A stretch of DNA of 63,534 bases, counting the filler, from Perkinsus chesapeaki ATCC PRA-425 (lineage: Eukaryota > Protista > Perkinsozoa), in assembly GCA_013115145.1 (NCBI GenBank). It is 9 parts of 9 records of this genome, joined end to end, with 100 filler letters (N's around TTAATTAATTAA, not from the genome) between each part and the next. Parts side by side here need not be neighbours in the genome. Positions count along the whole stretch, not along the records: positions 23,907 to 46,630 come from JAAPAO010000573.1; positions 46,731 to 49,829 come from JAAPAO010001460.1; 7 more parts are not named here. One strand, 5' to 3'. Under the pieces are notes generated by a model. It was not told where the DNA came from. It was given only the letters and a program-made list of their open reading frames with translations, and ran no database searches. This document shows positions 37,601-47,977 of this stretch, one piece after another. Within the stretch, counting starts at the first letter, position 1. Each line of letters opens with the position of its first letter. Position numbers and translations under genes: made by a program.

Positions 37601-37810
37601 GATCTGTCCATTCTGCAACTCGGGTGAAGAGGAAGATTTCCATCATTTCCTCTTCCACTGCACTCACTGGTCTCGGCATCGGGTTGCTCTGGACGCTGCA
37701 GCGAAGAGCAGGGGCATTCCATGGCCACCGGAGCAGGGCGATACTCTCATGCGCGACGGCAGGCTAGCAAGGATGATAGAAAACTTCATTAAGTCCACTG
37801 GAAGACTACG
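34690..37810 (+). mobile_element. degenerate non-LTR retrotransposon ORF2 (APE endonuclease-RT-RNase H-CCHC; R1/I/Tad-like architecture)
   Basis: EN: RGQVFADWA..LQILND..SHIDVTL. RT: SWRPITII, ALFVDIEGAFD, RGTPQG (36151-), YADD (36213-36224), KWLGLQLD. RNase H: YPDGS, SDCLRAI, GNLKADSAA. Zn knuckle CPFC..EDFHHFLFHC (~37606-37663); end FIKSTGRL. Frameshifts and stops present. Confidence 0.92.
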
Positions 37811-39635
37811 GGAGCAGTGACCAATTTGGTTGGAGTTACCAGCTGAGGTTGAGCTGCTGAACATGGCGTCGCTACTCCCAGAGATCGTAAAGGCGGCTGC
37901 AGGGCCAGCCCCTAAGGGCCTTATAGAAGGAGAAGAATAATGCCAGAGATGCGCGGTTTACATGATACTAAGCTTATGGAGAGATGCGAGCAGGAAGCAT
38001 TATCCGTGGAATTGTTTAGTGCTCCAAGGGTCACCCGAGCTTAGGCCCCAACACCAGTATGTCGAGAATGCTAGGTGAAAAGTAAGCGACAAAGAACCTG
38101 TGGCCCATAGCTGTTAAGCCTGTAGTCTGTCATCCAGGGAGTTCTGTCAAAGTCGTCCGGTGGCGTGTCTCGATTTCGGGGACGAAGCGCCGGTTACGTA
38201 TCGTGTGTATGAGTGAAGGACGTATTACAAGAGTGGCTCTTGATCGAATAGACTATTTGCATCAGACATCACAGAGTTAATTTGGAAGCAACAGGCAACT
38301 TAACCAGTGTTCAACTTCAGTTAATCCTTGAGGGATAAAGAATCATCTCCAACACAAGCGGGACAACGCAGAATTAGAGCAAGAATCACACGAAATTTTC
38401 CACTTCACTCTGAGAGGGAGACTCGCTCTACATTGCAAAGACTACCACGGCCGGTGGATTAGGAGTTCCTCAGGAGCTCGAGGTCTTGGCCGAATGATCC
38501 ATCTCGAAATACACTTGTGTCACGCGGTTAGTGTTCAGCAATTATCAACTACTTACGCGTGCTCAATGAAACTTTGAGGGGCGAGTACTGTATATGATAG
38601 GTTTCAAATACTACGAGAGTTATAATCGAATACTTCTATCTCAAGGTACTTCCCTAAAACAATCTTGATTTGGAGGCCAAGATTACGGTGTGTATTCTAA
38701 GTTAATTTGGCAACTTTTCCGTGCCGTTTTCTCAGTTCTCAATAACCAGTAAGTGTTAGACGCTGAAACCTCGGTGGTATATCGAAGGCCATGTAAGAAC
38801 GAGACTCTCTGAGTTTGGGGCACAGAGTCGCAAATATGGCAGTGAATGGTCACAAAAACGTGATATAAGTTAAGTTAATTAAGTTAAAGTTAAGATACAA
38901 GTTAATTTGGAGGACTGTATTGCCCCCTAATCCTGATCCCCGATCATAAAGAGAGCTCCCTCGAAGGAGTCCACCGTAATGCCACAATACCTTATCACTT
39001 AGTTTTCACCTACCAATAAAACTATGGCTACTTTATCAGTCTCAGATAGAGCTAGTGTACTTGAGTACTTATCTACCTTGAACATGACTTTTGTATCGCC
39101 GGTAAACAGACCCGATGGAGCCGATAATAAGTATCGATGGTAAACAGGCTGAAGGACTCCCACCAGCCCCGAGGGAACTGTGATACAACCGTTGCCGCTC
39201 CTTCTTGCCCCAATAGAATTGTCAACAAAATTCTCCCTCCCAGTATAACGGTGAAAGAATATCTTTACCAAGTTTTATTCCTACCAACAGCCCTACAATC
39301 ACTACGATATGATTTCGTATCTGAATATCCTGCTACTAAATGACCTGCGTTATACCAGAGGTAGCCCACCGTCGGTGAAACTGGAAAGCGCGGAGGAGCT
39401 TTCAAGGGCTACGATGGAGTTATTATGATAGGGTAACCCTATCATAATAACTCCATCGTAGGAACCCTATTGGGGTTCCTATTAGGAACGTCGCAATGCA
39501 ACGATATACTGATTTATATAGCGCACGGCGTGAACAGGTAACAACGAGATAGCCCAACACCGTCGCTCCCTCCTCGAGATGGTATCCCCAGCAACTCCGC
39601 GTTTTACCCGTAGATTCTGCTGAGCAGCAGATGGT

Positions 39636-39682
39636 CCATTGCTCCATTATGGAGCAGAATCTGCTCCATAATGGAGCAATGG
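39636..39682. repeat. perfect 47-bp palindrome (23-bp arms, 1-nt centre)
   Basis: CCATTGCTCCATTATGGAGCAGA-A-TCTGCTCCATAATGGAGCAATGG. Confidence 0.95.
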
Positions 39683-39798
39683 AGCCTCCATAAGCAGTAC
39701 AATAGCATCGTGACAGGGCTCCTGCCAGAGGAGGCACGCTACCGAGCAATACCGAGCTGCTTCTCGAATGACTGACTATCACTGAATACGGTTATTGT

Positions 39799-41389
39799 AT
39801 GTTCTCACTTGTACTCGCATCACCGTTCCATGGAATGACTCTGCTCTTAGCGGTCGCGAGCCTTGCCCAATTCCTAGGGGTTTCTGCTGTATACGATAAC
39901 GTGGAACTTTTCGTGGATGAGATCAATGCAAAGCAAGACTCCTGGCTAGCTTCGGTACATCGTCCACCCTTCACAAGTAAGGTAGCGTACAAGAAATAGT
40001 ATTCTTCCTTAGAAATTATAGGAAAGGTCACATTAACCGATGCCAAGATAAGGGTACGAATCTTATTGAAGTGCAATTCTTATCTTTCGGTAGAATAACG
40101 ATTCATTTTGGATGCTAATAGAATAGCGGATATCTCTATTTCTATTCTCTCCTGAGACACAAGGCTTCAGGTGAACCCTACGGGAAACTACAGTCTGCCT
40201 ATATTGCTGCCAAGACACCAGACGAGAACGGCGAGCTGTCCGTGAAGAACCTGGTTCTACCACCTGAATTCGATGCTCGTAAAAAGTTTAAGGCCTGCGC
40301 AAGAATCATCGGTCATGTAAGGTATGCTATGAAGTGCGGAGCTCTGCACATGGATTGTATCTTGCTGTGTTTCGTCAGAGACCAGGCCAACTGTGGCAGC
40401 TGCGCAGCAATGGCTGCCGTTGGGTCCTTCAATGATCGTCTATGCATCAAGAGAAACTTCCAGGAACCACTCTCCGCCGCCTACGTTGTTTCTTGCTGCA
40501 CTCCTGAGACTGGATGCCCCCCGTGATCCATTGCTTTTCGCGAAGTACCGATGCAGAGTGTAGTGCTGTTCAGGCCGTATGGCTGTGATGGGGGCAATAC
40601 TGCCGAGGTATGGGATTTTGCCCAGCGCTACGGGATTCCCACAGGTTAGCGTCTTGTATTGGTTGATATTGCCCGCAAAATAAGCTGGATATCTCTGGTT
40701 AGGTGGGGGATATCCGGAGGGTCCAGTGAGAGACTCAAACGGTTGTTGGCCATACTTCCTTCCAAAGTGCGCCCACGTGCCAGGAATGAGCAAAAAGTAC
40801 CCTCAATGCCCTCAAGTAGGCGAAAGTTATATAAGTTCAATTCGATTTTTTCCAGGAAGCTCAAGCTCCAGCTTGCCAGCTATTTTGCCCAAATACCAAA
40901 TACAAGAGGTCGTTAGCTATGTAAGCATATGTAAGGTATCGATGGAGGCTGCACCTGGCAGGGATCGCCACTACGTTGCTGCTCCAGGAGCAATTATAAT
41001 GAGCAATTCGATTGAAGGGATAAAGGCAGAGGTTTACACCAACGGAAGCGTAAAAACTCTGTCGGGTGTTACTCACACCTCGGATAGAATGACTCACCTA
41101 TCTCCTGTGATCGCACTCGGAATATTCCTCCCATTGATGACAGGTCACTGCTGGCTTTGAACTCTACCAAGACTTCATCTACTACAAATCCGGTGTATAT
41201 AAGTACGTTCGGGGCAAGTATCTAGCCGTGCACGCCGTCAAGCTGATCGGTTGGGGAAAAGCAGCTATCGGTGACTACTGGTTAGCAGTGAACAGTTGGA
41301 ATGAGGATTGGGGTGAAGGTGGACTGTTTAGAATAGCTATGGGCCAGTGTAGGATAGAAGACTTGGTCGTATATGGCAATCCACAATAA
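39799..41389 (+). CDS. cathepsin B-like papain-family (C1A) cysteine protease
   Basis: Signal and propeptide, LPPEFDAR, DQANCGSC (Cys 40401), GCDGG, GCWPYFLPKCAH, FELYQDFIYYKSGVY, HAVKLIGWG (His 41231), YWLAVNSWNEDWG. Mature-region exons splice in frame; propeptide splicing ambiguous. Confidence 0.92.
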
Positions 41390-44377
41390 CTTCCCTAAAA
41401 GGACTTAGTCTATTTAACCCCTGAGGTGAGTCACCGCTGAGTGAAGGTCTGCTTATTGTCGTCGACACAGTACTCAACTACTCATGCTGTAGCAAGCGGG
41501 TCGTTGTCGCACGAGAAATCTCTCCCACTTTGTTGGAATGGTCCATTGTTATTTCATCATCTCAATTTGTTGACATTGGTCCTTATTGTTTCATTAGATT
41601 ACTCACCTGTCTTGTGTTCGTCAAGAAAGGTTTTATCAAGCCGGCAGCTGCGTTGAAGGCATCTCGCTTTCCTTCGGACTGACCGTTCCGGGAACGGTTT
41701 CCTCTCTTGAAGGATCGTGCTCGAGTGGTTGAAGTGGTTGAAGCTGCTTGAACGGAGCATTTAGTCGCCAGCGTTGCTGGTGGCTTCAAACCTCTAATAC
41801 TAGCAGTCTAATAGAGTGAAAGTCGACTCGTACTTCAAAACCACACTTCTATTCTTACAGTAAGAATCTTACTGCGAGCATCATGCTGAAGTAGACTTCC
41901 CGTCGGGGGGAGATGCAAACTCATCTCAATCTGAGAGTCCCAAGAGTTCGCGGGGTGTGTCTAGCACTGTTGATGGAGTAGACTGCTTAGTTGCTTACTC
42001 AATCCGTGAATCGTGTTAACGCCTTGGGTTGGTCAACCGAGGCCGTCCCATCGAATGTGCGCAGGGCGCGCCCAGATCGAACCACCGCGGCTTTAGGAGT
42101 TCACAAGATTGACTCGGCTAGCCCGGTATCCACTGGGGTAGCATAAGACAGATACTACAGATCACATGGGAAGCCTTCAGCCCGCACGCCGGAGTGCGGA
42201 GATAGATATACACAGTCGGACATGTGAACTCCCGAGAGGAGATTATAGGGATACGAGATGAGACGGGCGATGAGGCCTATAGAGACCCGGTTAAAAAATG
42301 GGGGGGGAGTAGCGATCGTACTAGGGATGCGTTATCACTCTTTTGCGATCAGTGAGCAACAGAAACCGCTGCGCGGGGCGAGCGAACACCCCTGTGGCGG
42401 ACTAGTCGCACCGTGTGCACACACACGTAGAAAGCAACGCAACACTTAGGCTTTCGACATGCTGGTCCAGCATAGTATGCTGAGCATACCATGCTGAATC
42501 TGCACTGTTTCACAAGTCTTAATAAGACTGTCTTATGAGAAGCGTGTGTTGGTGGCGGTGGCGACGTCAGACTCAGATTAGATGCCATGACGCACTCGCT
42601 GAAATGTTGCGAGTCACTGCCGTCTTTCGGCTTGTGCTGACACGTTTTATGATATTCACAGCTCAGGAATTCATTGATTCCGTGAAAACAATCGACATTA
42701 GGCGAGATTGTACAACCGCCACTTTGAAAGTTTACGTGTAGTACACATTGTGTACAAACTAAATTTACATATGTACTGTAGTTACTAGCTCTGGCGCAAG
42801 AGACGGCTTAGCACTTCTTGCCCATTCCCCAAGCGCCACCCCGGAATGAAGACCTGAGCTTCAGAGCCTGAAGTACTTGTTTCGATTGACGGCAGCACTG
42901 AAAAACATGCATGGTAACTTGGGCTAAGTTACTCGGCGACGATTTCGGAAGATGATCACTTTTTCTATGGTACATAACTCCTCGCAAGTGAGCATGTTTG
43001 TACGTTACAGTGATACCCCTACAGTGGTGAGCGCTGACCTAGGAACGTAGATCGCCGGATAACTATGCCCGCACGCATGACCCGCGTTAACGCAATGTTG
43101 ATATGAAACCGTATTTGAAACATGAAAAACAGACTGACTCATGACAGTGGGGATGAAGTATTACTTGAGGCTACTAGTAAGCGAGGAAATCATGTTTGCT
43201 CACGGGACATGGTGGGCGTGGTATTTCGGTCTTGCTTCGCCCTGCTGGTTGAAGCGTTGTTCCTCTCGCCGAGACGAACCGAGATGAATATGTCACCGAG
43301 AAGCTCGTTAACAGAATGTAGATGGTAAAGCTCCCTCTATCATATACTATGAAACTTGGATCCTTACAACATCAGTAACTTCCTTAGAGCTGTTACTGTT
43401 GACCCGCATGAGGCTCACCAGTTCCCTTCTGCTTGTAGGAACAGACTCTAAGGGATCCACATGCCTCACAACAGGACGAGATGCCGATCGTCTATGACGC
43501 CGTGTATCCAGAAAATGCAGACGTAGGGAGTACCAGTACACGATGTCTTCGAGGTGCAGGATATCTAGAATCGAGTAGTGCAAAGTTTTCAAGGCCCGTC
43601 AATCAAAGCGGCCTCGAGACGCATTTGTGCGTGGTAACTTATGTGAGTAGGAGCCCATCTTAATCGAAGATGCATTATATTCTATCAACGGAAAAAAAGT
43701 ACATCGTTTTGTATAAAGGACCCCTGGGGTGCTTTACACCAAACACCGATACGACTGAATAGCAGGAAGCATAATGTGGAGACCTTCACCATACTTCAAG
43801 TGTTGGTTGGAGGTCTGCAGGGATGAGTCGTGCTCGAACGGATGATGGACTACTCCTATGAATGGTACTATACGAGACAGGCAAGTTGCTGCCAAACACT
43901 GGTAAGACTCTATATCTGCTAACAATCATAACTATCAATGCTATAGGCTGCTAACAATCATTCGATTGTTGCACATCGCAGCAAATGTCTTGATTTGTTA
44001 TCTGCTTGGGGGCCGTTTATAATGTCACTAAAGCCTACGGGAGTGACACGGCTGCTCGCAAGTGATTCTGTTAATTCAGACACAGGTTTGTGCTCCTCGA
44101 CCGTCATATTTGGCGGGTGTCCAGTACTCAGGTCATATCTAAGCTAGATACTCTGACAGCGATTGCTGACCTGCCGGTGTGACACTGGCTAGCAAACACA
44201 ACAACCGGAACTAAGCCGACTTCGTATTACGGACCTTCACGGCTTGTGGCAATCCACAAGTGTATGCCGTAAGGACAACAGGAACCGTAACTCGCCGACA
44301 GGCTTCTCGTCAGGACAATCAAGGCGAGTAGAGCTCAGAATCGTAGCCTCTGATGTGAAATAAGCCACGGGGCAAGA

Positions 44378-44527
44378 TTAGCGGACACGGTCACAATAAT
44401 ACTGACAGAATAGTCTCCCAACTGGTCGGCAACGGCAGCGGTAGCCTCCTGGGCAACCCCCACAATTATCAGCTTCGCTGCCCTTCAGCGCGGCGATGAG
44501 AAGTAAGATATTATAAATCAAACGCAT
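44378..44527 (-). CDS. small secreted 6-Cys cationic peptide (defensin/knottin-like)
   Basis: MRLIYNILLLIAALKGSEA + DNCGGCPGGYRCRCRPVGRLFCQYYCDRVR*. Confidence 0.6.
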   Translation of the reverse strand: MRLIYNILLLIAALKGSEADNCGGCPGGYRCRCRPVGRLFCQYYCDRVR

Positions 44528-45765
44528 GGATGTTAATAATGTTGAGTGTTGTTTGATGTGAGATGCAGCTTGGGAAGAGCTCCTTGAGGAATAACGCCAA
44601 GGCGCATGTGGTTTGTACCCCAATTACTCCACTCGGCCCGTGGCGGCGTATTGTTATTTACCATCTAAGTGGCTTCCTAAGCGCTCCTCTCCGGTAAGCA
44701 TGGTTACGGCTTCCGTCTCCTCGTAGACCTTGTATCTTTCCTCACTGAAAGGCGGCTTTCATTGCCGCGAGGGCTACGTGCAGATCATGATGTCGCTGGA
44801 ACCAATAAGGTTCCTCACATGGACAACCTTGATGTTGCACTTCACTTCCCAACAGTTCCCGTCTTAAGACGTAGAGGGACGCAACTGGTCTGGTTGTCGG
44901 CCGAAATTGGTGCTATTTATGGCACGTATGATTCGATATGAAAACGCATCTCGCTTCACTTCTCAGGCAACGTCTTATCATTGACCGAGACAATTTATGA
45001 GACCGGCAATTTTTCCTGTAATCGGTACTCGGCGATCTATCCACCACCTCATCTAAAACGCAGTTAGTCGGCAACATCGATGAGATGGACAACCCTTCGC
45101 TTATCAAAATCTTTTAGGAGTTGTGAGATGAACTGTATAAATACTGGTCGGGCTGCTAAATCGAAGCGTGGAGCCTTTTGAATAAGTGCTCCTCGTTTTC
45201 GAAGGGCAGCAAATAGCTCGGGGCAAGCCCTAGCAGTCAGTTCAAGCTTTTGTATGATGCTACGCACAACCCAGTAAACCAGAAAGTTGAATTTTCTCTT
45301 TCGGAAACTAACTCATGGTAACTTGTTGAGATGAAGAAAGCCGATTCGATCTTTAATCCCACGGATTCCCCATGGCGACAGTGAGCCACGATCCTGTCAA
45401 AGGATTGCTGTACACCGGACTTGAGGGGGCGACACATTAACAGACTTCCGTGTAACACGACTCCCAGAAACTCAGAGTTGTCAAGCCGCAAGCCGATCGC
45501 GCAAAATGACGATGAATGTCACAGATAGGGCTGACATGAAAGGAGAACGGTATTCATGATGGGCGTGATTACGGCAACTGGACAACAAACATCAACAATG
45601 AGGTGCTCTAGTATAGTAAGAGTCACGAGTTATAATACTCGCACACCTCTCAGCCATATGATCTGTGATAGGCTTCTGACTGAGACGAAGTGCAGGTCGT
45701 TTGCTTAGATCAATCACATATCCACCCATCAGCTGCTGAGTAGTTGTGTTGAAAATATCCATACT

Positions 45766-46630
45766 TTAGATGTCCCAGGGGGTGAACTCAGTGCAAGATA
45801 CCTTATGATCACCCAAGACACCGCCAGCGCGGAGCATCTCACAAACAAGGGCAGAGCAGAAACGCGAAGGGCCAACCGCAGGTGTCCCACTACGATGAGT
45901 GTGATATGTCCATTCGTCTTTCTCAGGAACGAATGGAAGCTTTGCTGCCCCGCCCACAAGTTTAGAGTCGTCCAGCTTCGAAAAGTCGTTGAGGCCTAAG
46001 CCGGAAGTGTCCATACGATGATTAAGTCCCTCGAGAAATAAATACTTGGCGGTTTCCGGTTTATTACGCTCAACCCATCCGGAAACAGCCTCAATAAATC
46101 CCTACGAGAAGCAAGTTGTATAATTGCCAAAAGGCAGGTATGGATAGTTGCCCGTGAGTGTATCAATAGCAGCAAAGGAGAAGTTATGAGCACCAAACTC
46201 ATAGCCTTCGAACTCAGCGACGAACTTCTTCCATGCAGCATCGTTGTCAAAACTCATACGCAGCCCTTTTTCAGGGGTATGTGGACGGCATTTGTATACC
46301 ATACGCTATAATTTTTCAGGAACTCCTCTGCTGGTGTCTCAAGTACACCATCGTGATTCGGTAGTTCCTCGGTATCAGGGTCACGGAGGAATATCACAGT
46401 GTGGCTTGCCAGCGTGCCCGCGCCAAACATAAGACCGGCACTATCACCGTCAATGCGCGTTATGACCATTATGTCACCGGGATGCGAGTCAACCTTTGAA
46501 AGATCTAGTTCATCACTTTGTGGGCGCTTTCGAAGTTTTATTCTCATAAAGTGCGCCATCAAGACGCGCTTCCTTCTCGGTAAAGCCTCTAAGAGGCGAG
46601 GAGCATTAAGGTTAGGAAGCAACGGCTACA
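45766..46630 (-). pseudogene. permuted papain-like (NlpC/P60-related, PPNE-type) enzyme, disrupted
   Basis: GDIMVITRIDG..SHTVIFLRD (His first), FDNDAAW..EGYEFGAHNF, EGLNHR, PEKDEWTY, FCSALV (Cys second), TEFTPWDI*. 1-nt frameshift near 46265 and in-frame stops; 5' part cut by spacer. Confidence 0.55.
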
Positions 46631-46730
46631 NNNNNNNNNNNNNNNNNNNNNNNNNNNNNNNNNNNNNNNNNNNNTTAATTAATTAANNNNNNNNNNNNNN
46701 NNNNNNNNNNNNNNNNNNNNNNNNNNNNNN
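46631..46730. other. artificial contig spacer
   Basis: N44-TTAATTAATTAA-N44. Confidence 0.98.
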
Positions 46731-46756
46731 TCATTACACAGTGCCATGTATGTATG

Positions 46757-46787
46757 TCCACGTCGTAGCGACGTGGAGTCCACGTCG
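46757..46787. repeat. alternating inverted 9-mer triplet
   Basis: TCCACGTCG-tag-CGACGTGGA-g-TCCACGTCG. Confidence 0.85.
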
Positions 46788-46869
46788 TGCCAGTTTTGTT
46801 TTATCGACAGGCCGACTGGTGAGTAACTCATCATGAGTTAGAACGGTTCTAACCAAACCCTCCCTTGTG

Positions 46870-47436
46870 ATCATTGGCGCCCAGGCGCAAGCCTTGTTCA
46901 CCGAACTCGTCATTGCGAGTTGAACTGTTCAACTTGAACACAGTTTCGGGTTATTCGGGCGGCCGGGATCATGTCCTTTCAACTTCGTTGCGCTTAACTA
47001 TCCGAAACCTAGGCCACGGTAGCCTCGTGCTTCGTAATTTGCTGGTGATAAAGTCCTAGTTCTCGGTCGTCGAGAACACAAATGGAGTCGTCGCTTCCGC
47101 GGCCCTTTTAAGGTCATCAAAATGGTTGGTAAACGTCTGGCGGTACTACTTCATGAGGAAACCAATGTCATCGAGGAGCACCATGTGAAGAATTTGAAAC
47201 TCTTCCACAGTGACGATATCGGCGAAGACCCTAGACTCTCCGAGGAAGAAGGCCAGCCTGTTCAGGGTTTGCTAGGAAACGATGCTGCCGAGCCACCTAC
47301 TATTCAAGACGATGATAGCGACATTGACCAGGATGACTCTGTGGTTTCAGCCCCAAGGCCGGGTCGTGCTGCTAAGGAGCGCGCACGGCGTGCAATACAT
47401 CAACAGGCATGCGATGAGGAAGACGTCCCGCTGTAG
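46870..47436 (+). mobile_element. Ty3/Gypsy integrase C-terminal remnant
   Basis: FAGDKVLV..KWSRRFRGPFKVIKMVG..EHHVKNLKLF is the GPF/Y module of Gypsy integrases; the upstream part has stops. Confidence 0.75.
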
Positions 47437-47490
47437 TCTCCCCGTTCTCTCTCCATCTTCTGTTTCTAGTCTGTTTATGGGGGGCGAGGC

Positions 47491-47770
47491 TGAGCTGTGT
47501 CATCTCTGTCCATCATAGTACTTCCGTTGTATGTCAGTCTATCCTATCTTAGTCTGTATCTGAGCCCATGATTGTAGCACGCACAACCATTTGGGCGATC
47601 GCGACCGATTAGCTGTGCTATTCCCGCGGGAACCCTGTGCGCTTCGGGCCCACTCCAGAATAAGAACCTTTCGTTGATCTCTCATGCCTCCCGCGACTCG
47701 CGTTACTAAGAAGTCTGCTAATACTTCATCTACTCAAGGGTCTGGTGAGCACAGTGGTCGTGACAGCTTA
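47491..47770 (+). mobile_element. putative 3' LTR
   Basis: Purine-rich tract GGGGGGCGAGG (~47479-47489) just downstream of the integrase stop; TGTCA (47498) ... TGACA (47761-47765) terminal inverted repeat. No second LTR in the contig. Confidence 0.5.
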
Positions 47771-47977
47771 GATTTGGTGTGAGGCGGGAAGCTGTGCGAA
47801 TGAGCATGCGTGTGTTTTGAGTCTCAAGGACGGACTGATTGGAATCTTTTATTTGTGCTGTTGGTGGAGCGCTGCTAGCGTCATTACTCGTCTGCGAGGT
47901 TCTAAAGGATGCGTCTATCTACGTTTCCCCCATAGATTCATGCTGACGATTTTGCGCGCACGCTTGCCCGTGGAGGA

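Noticed and set aside
38866-38908. TAAGT/AAGTT pentamer run as the 3' tail of the non-LTR element
   Set aside because: About 1 kb beyond the ORF2 end with unrelated sequence in between; no TSD identified.
41400-44300. Short ORFs and a G-rich tract (~42299) suggesting another LTR or gene remnant
   Set aside because: No TG..CA boundaries, no retroelement motifs and no coherent reading frame found.
44913-45491. Three staggered minus-strand ORFs that look like one protein
   Set aside because: No recognisable motif and no consistent splice model; left unannotated.
34690-46630. Frequent in-frame TGA/TAG/TAA suggesting a variant genetic code or readthrough
   Set aside because: Conserved genes (eIF5A, PA2G4, Cu-ATPase, cathepsin) read cleanly with the standard code once short introns are removed; remaining stops co-occur with frameshifts in decayed sequence.
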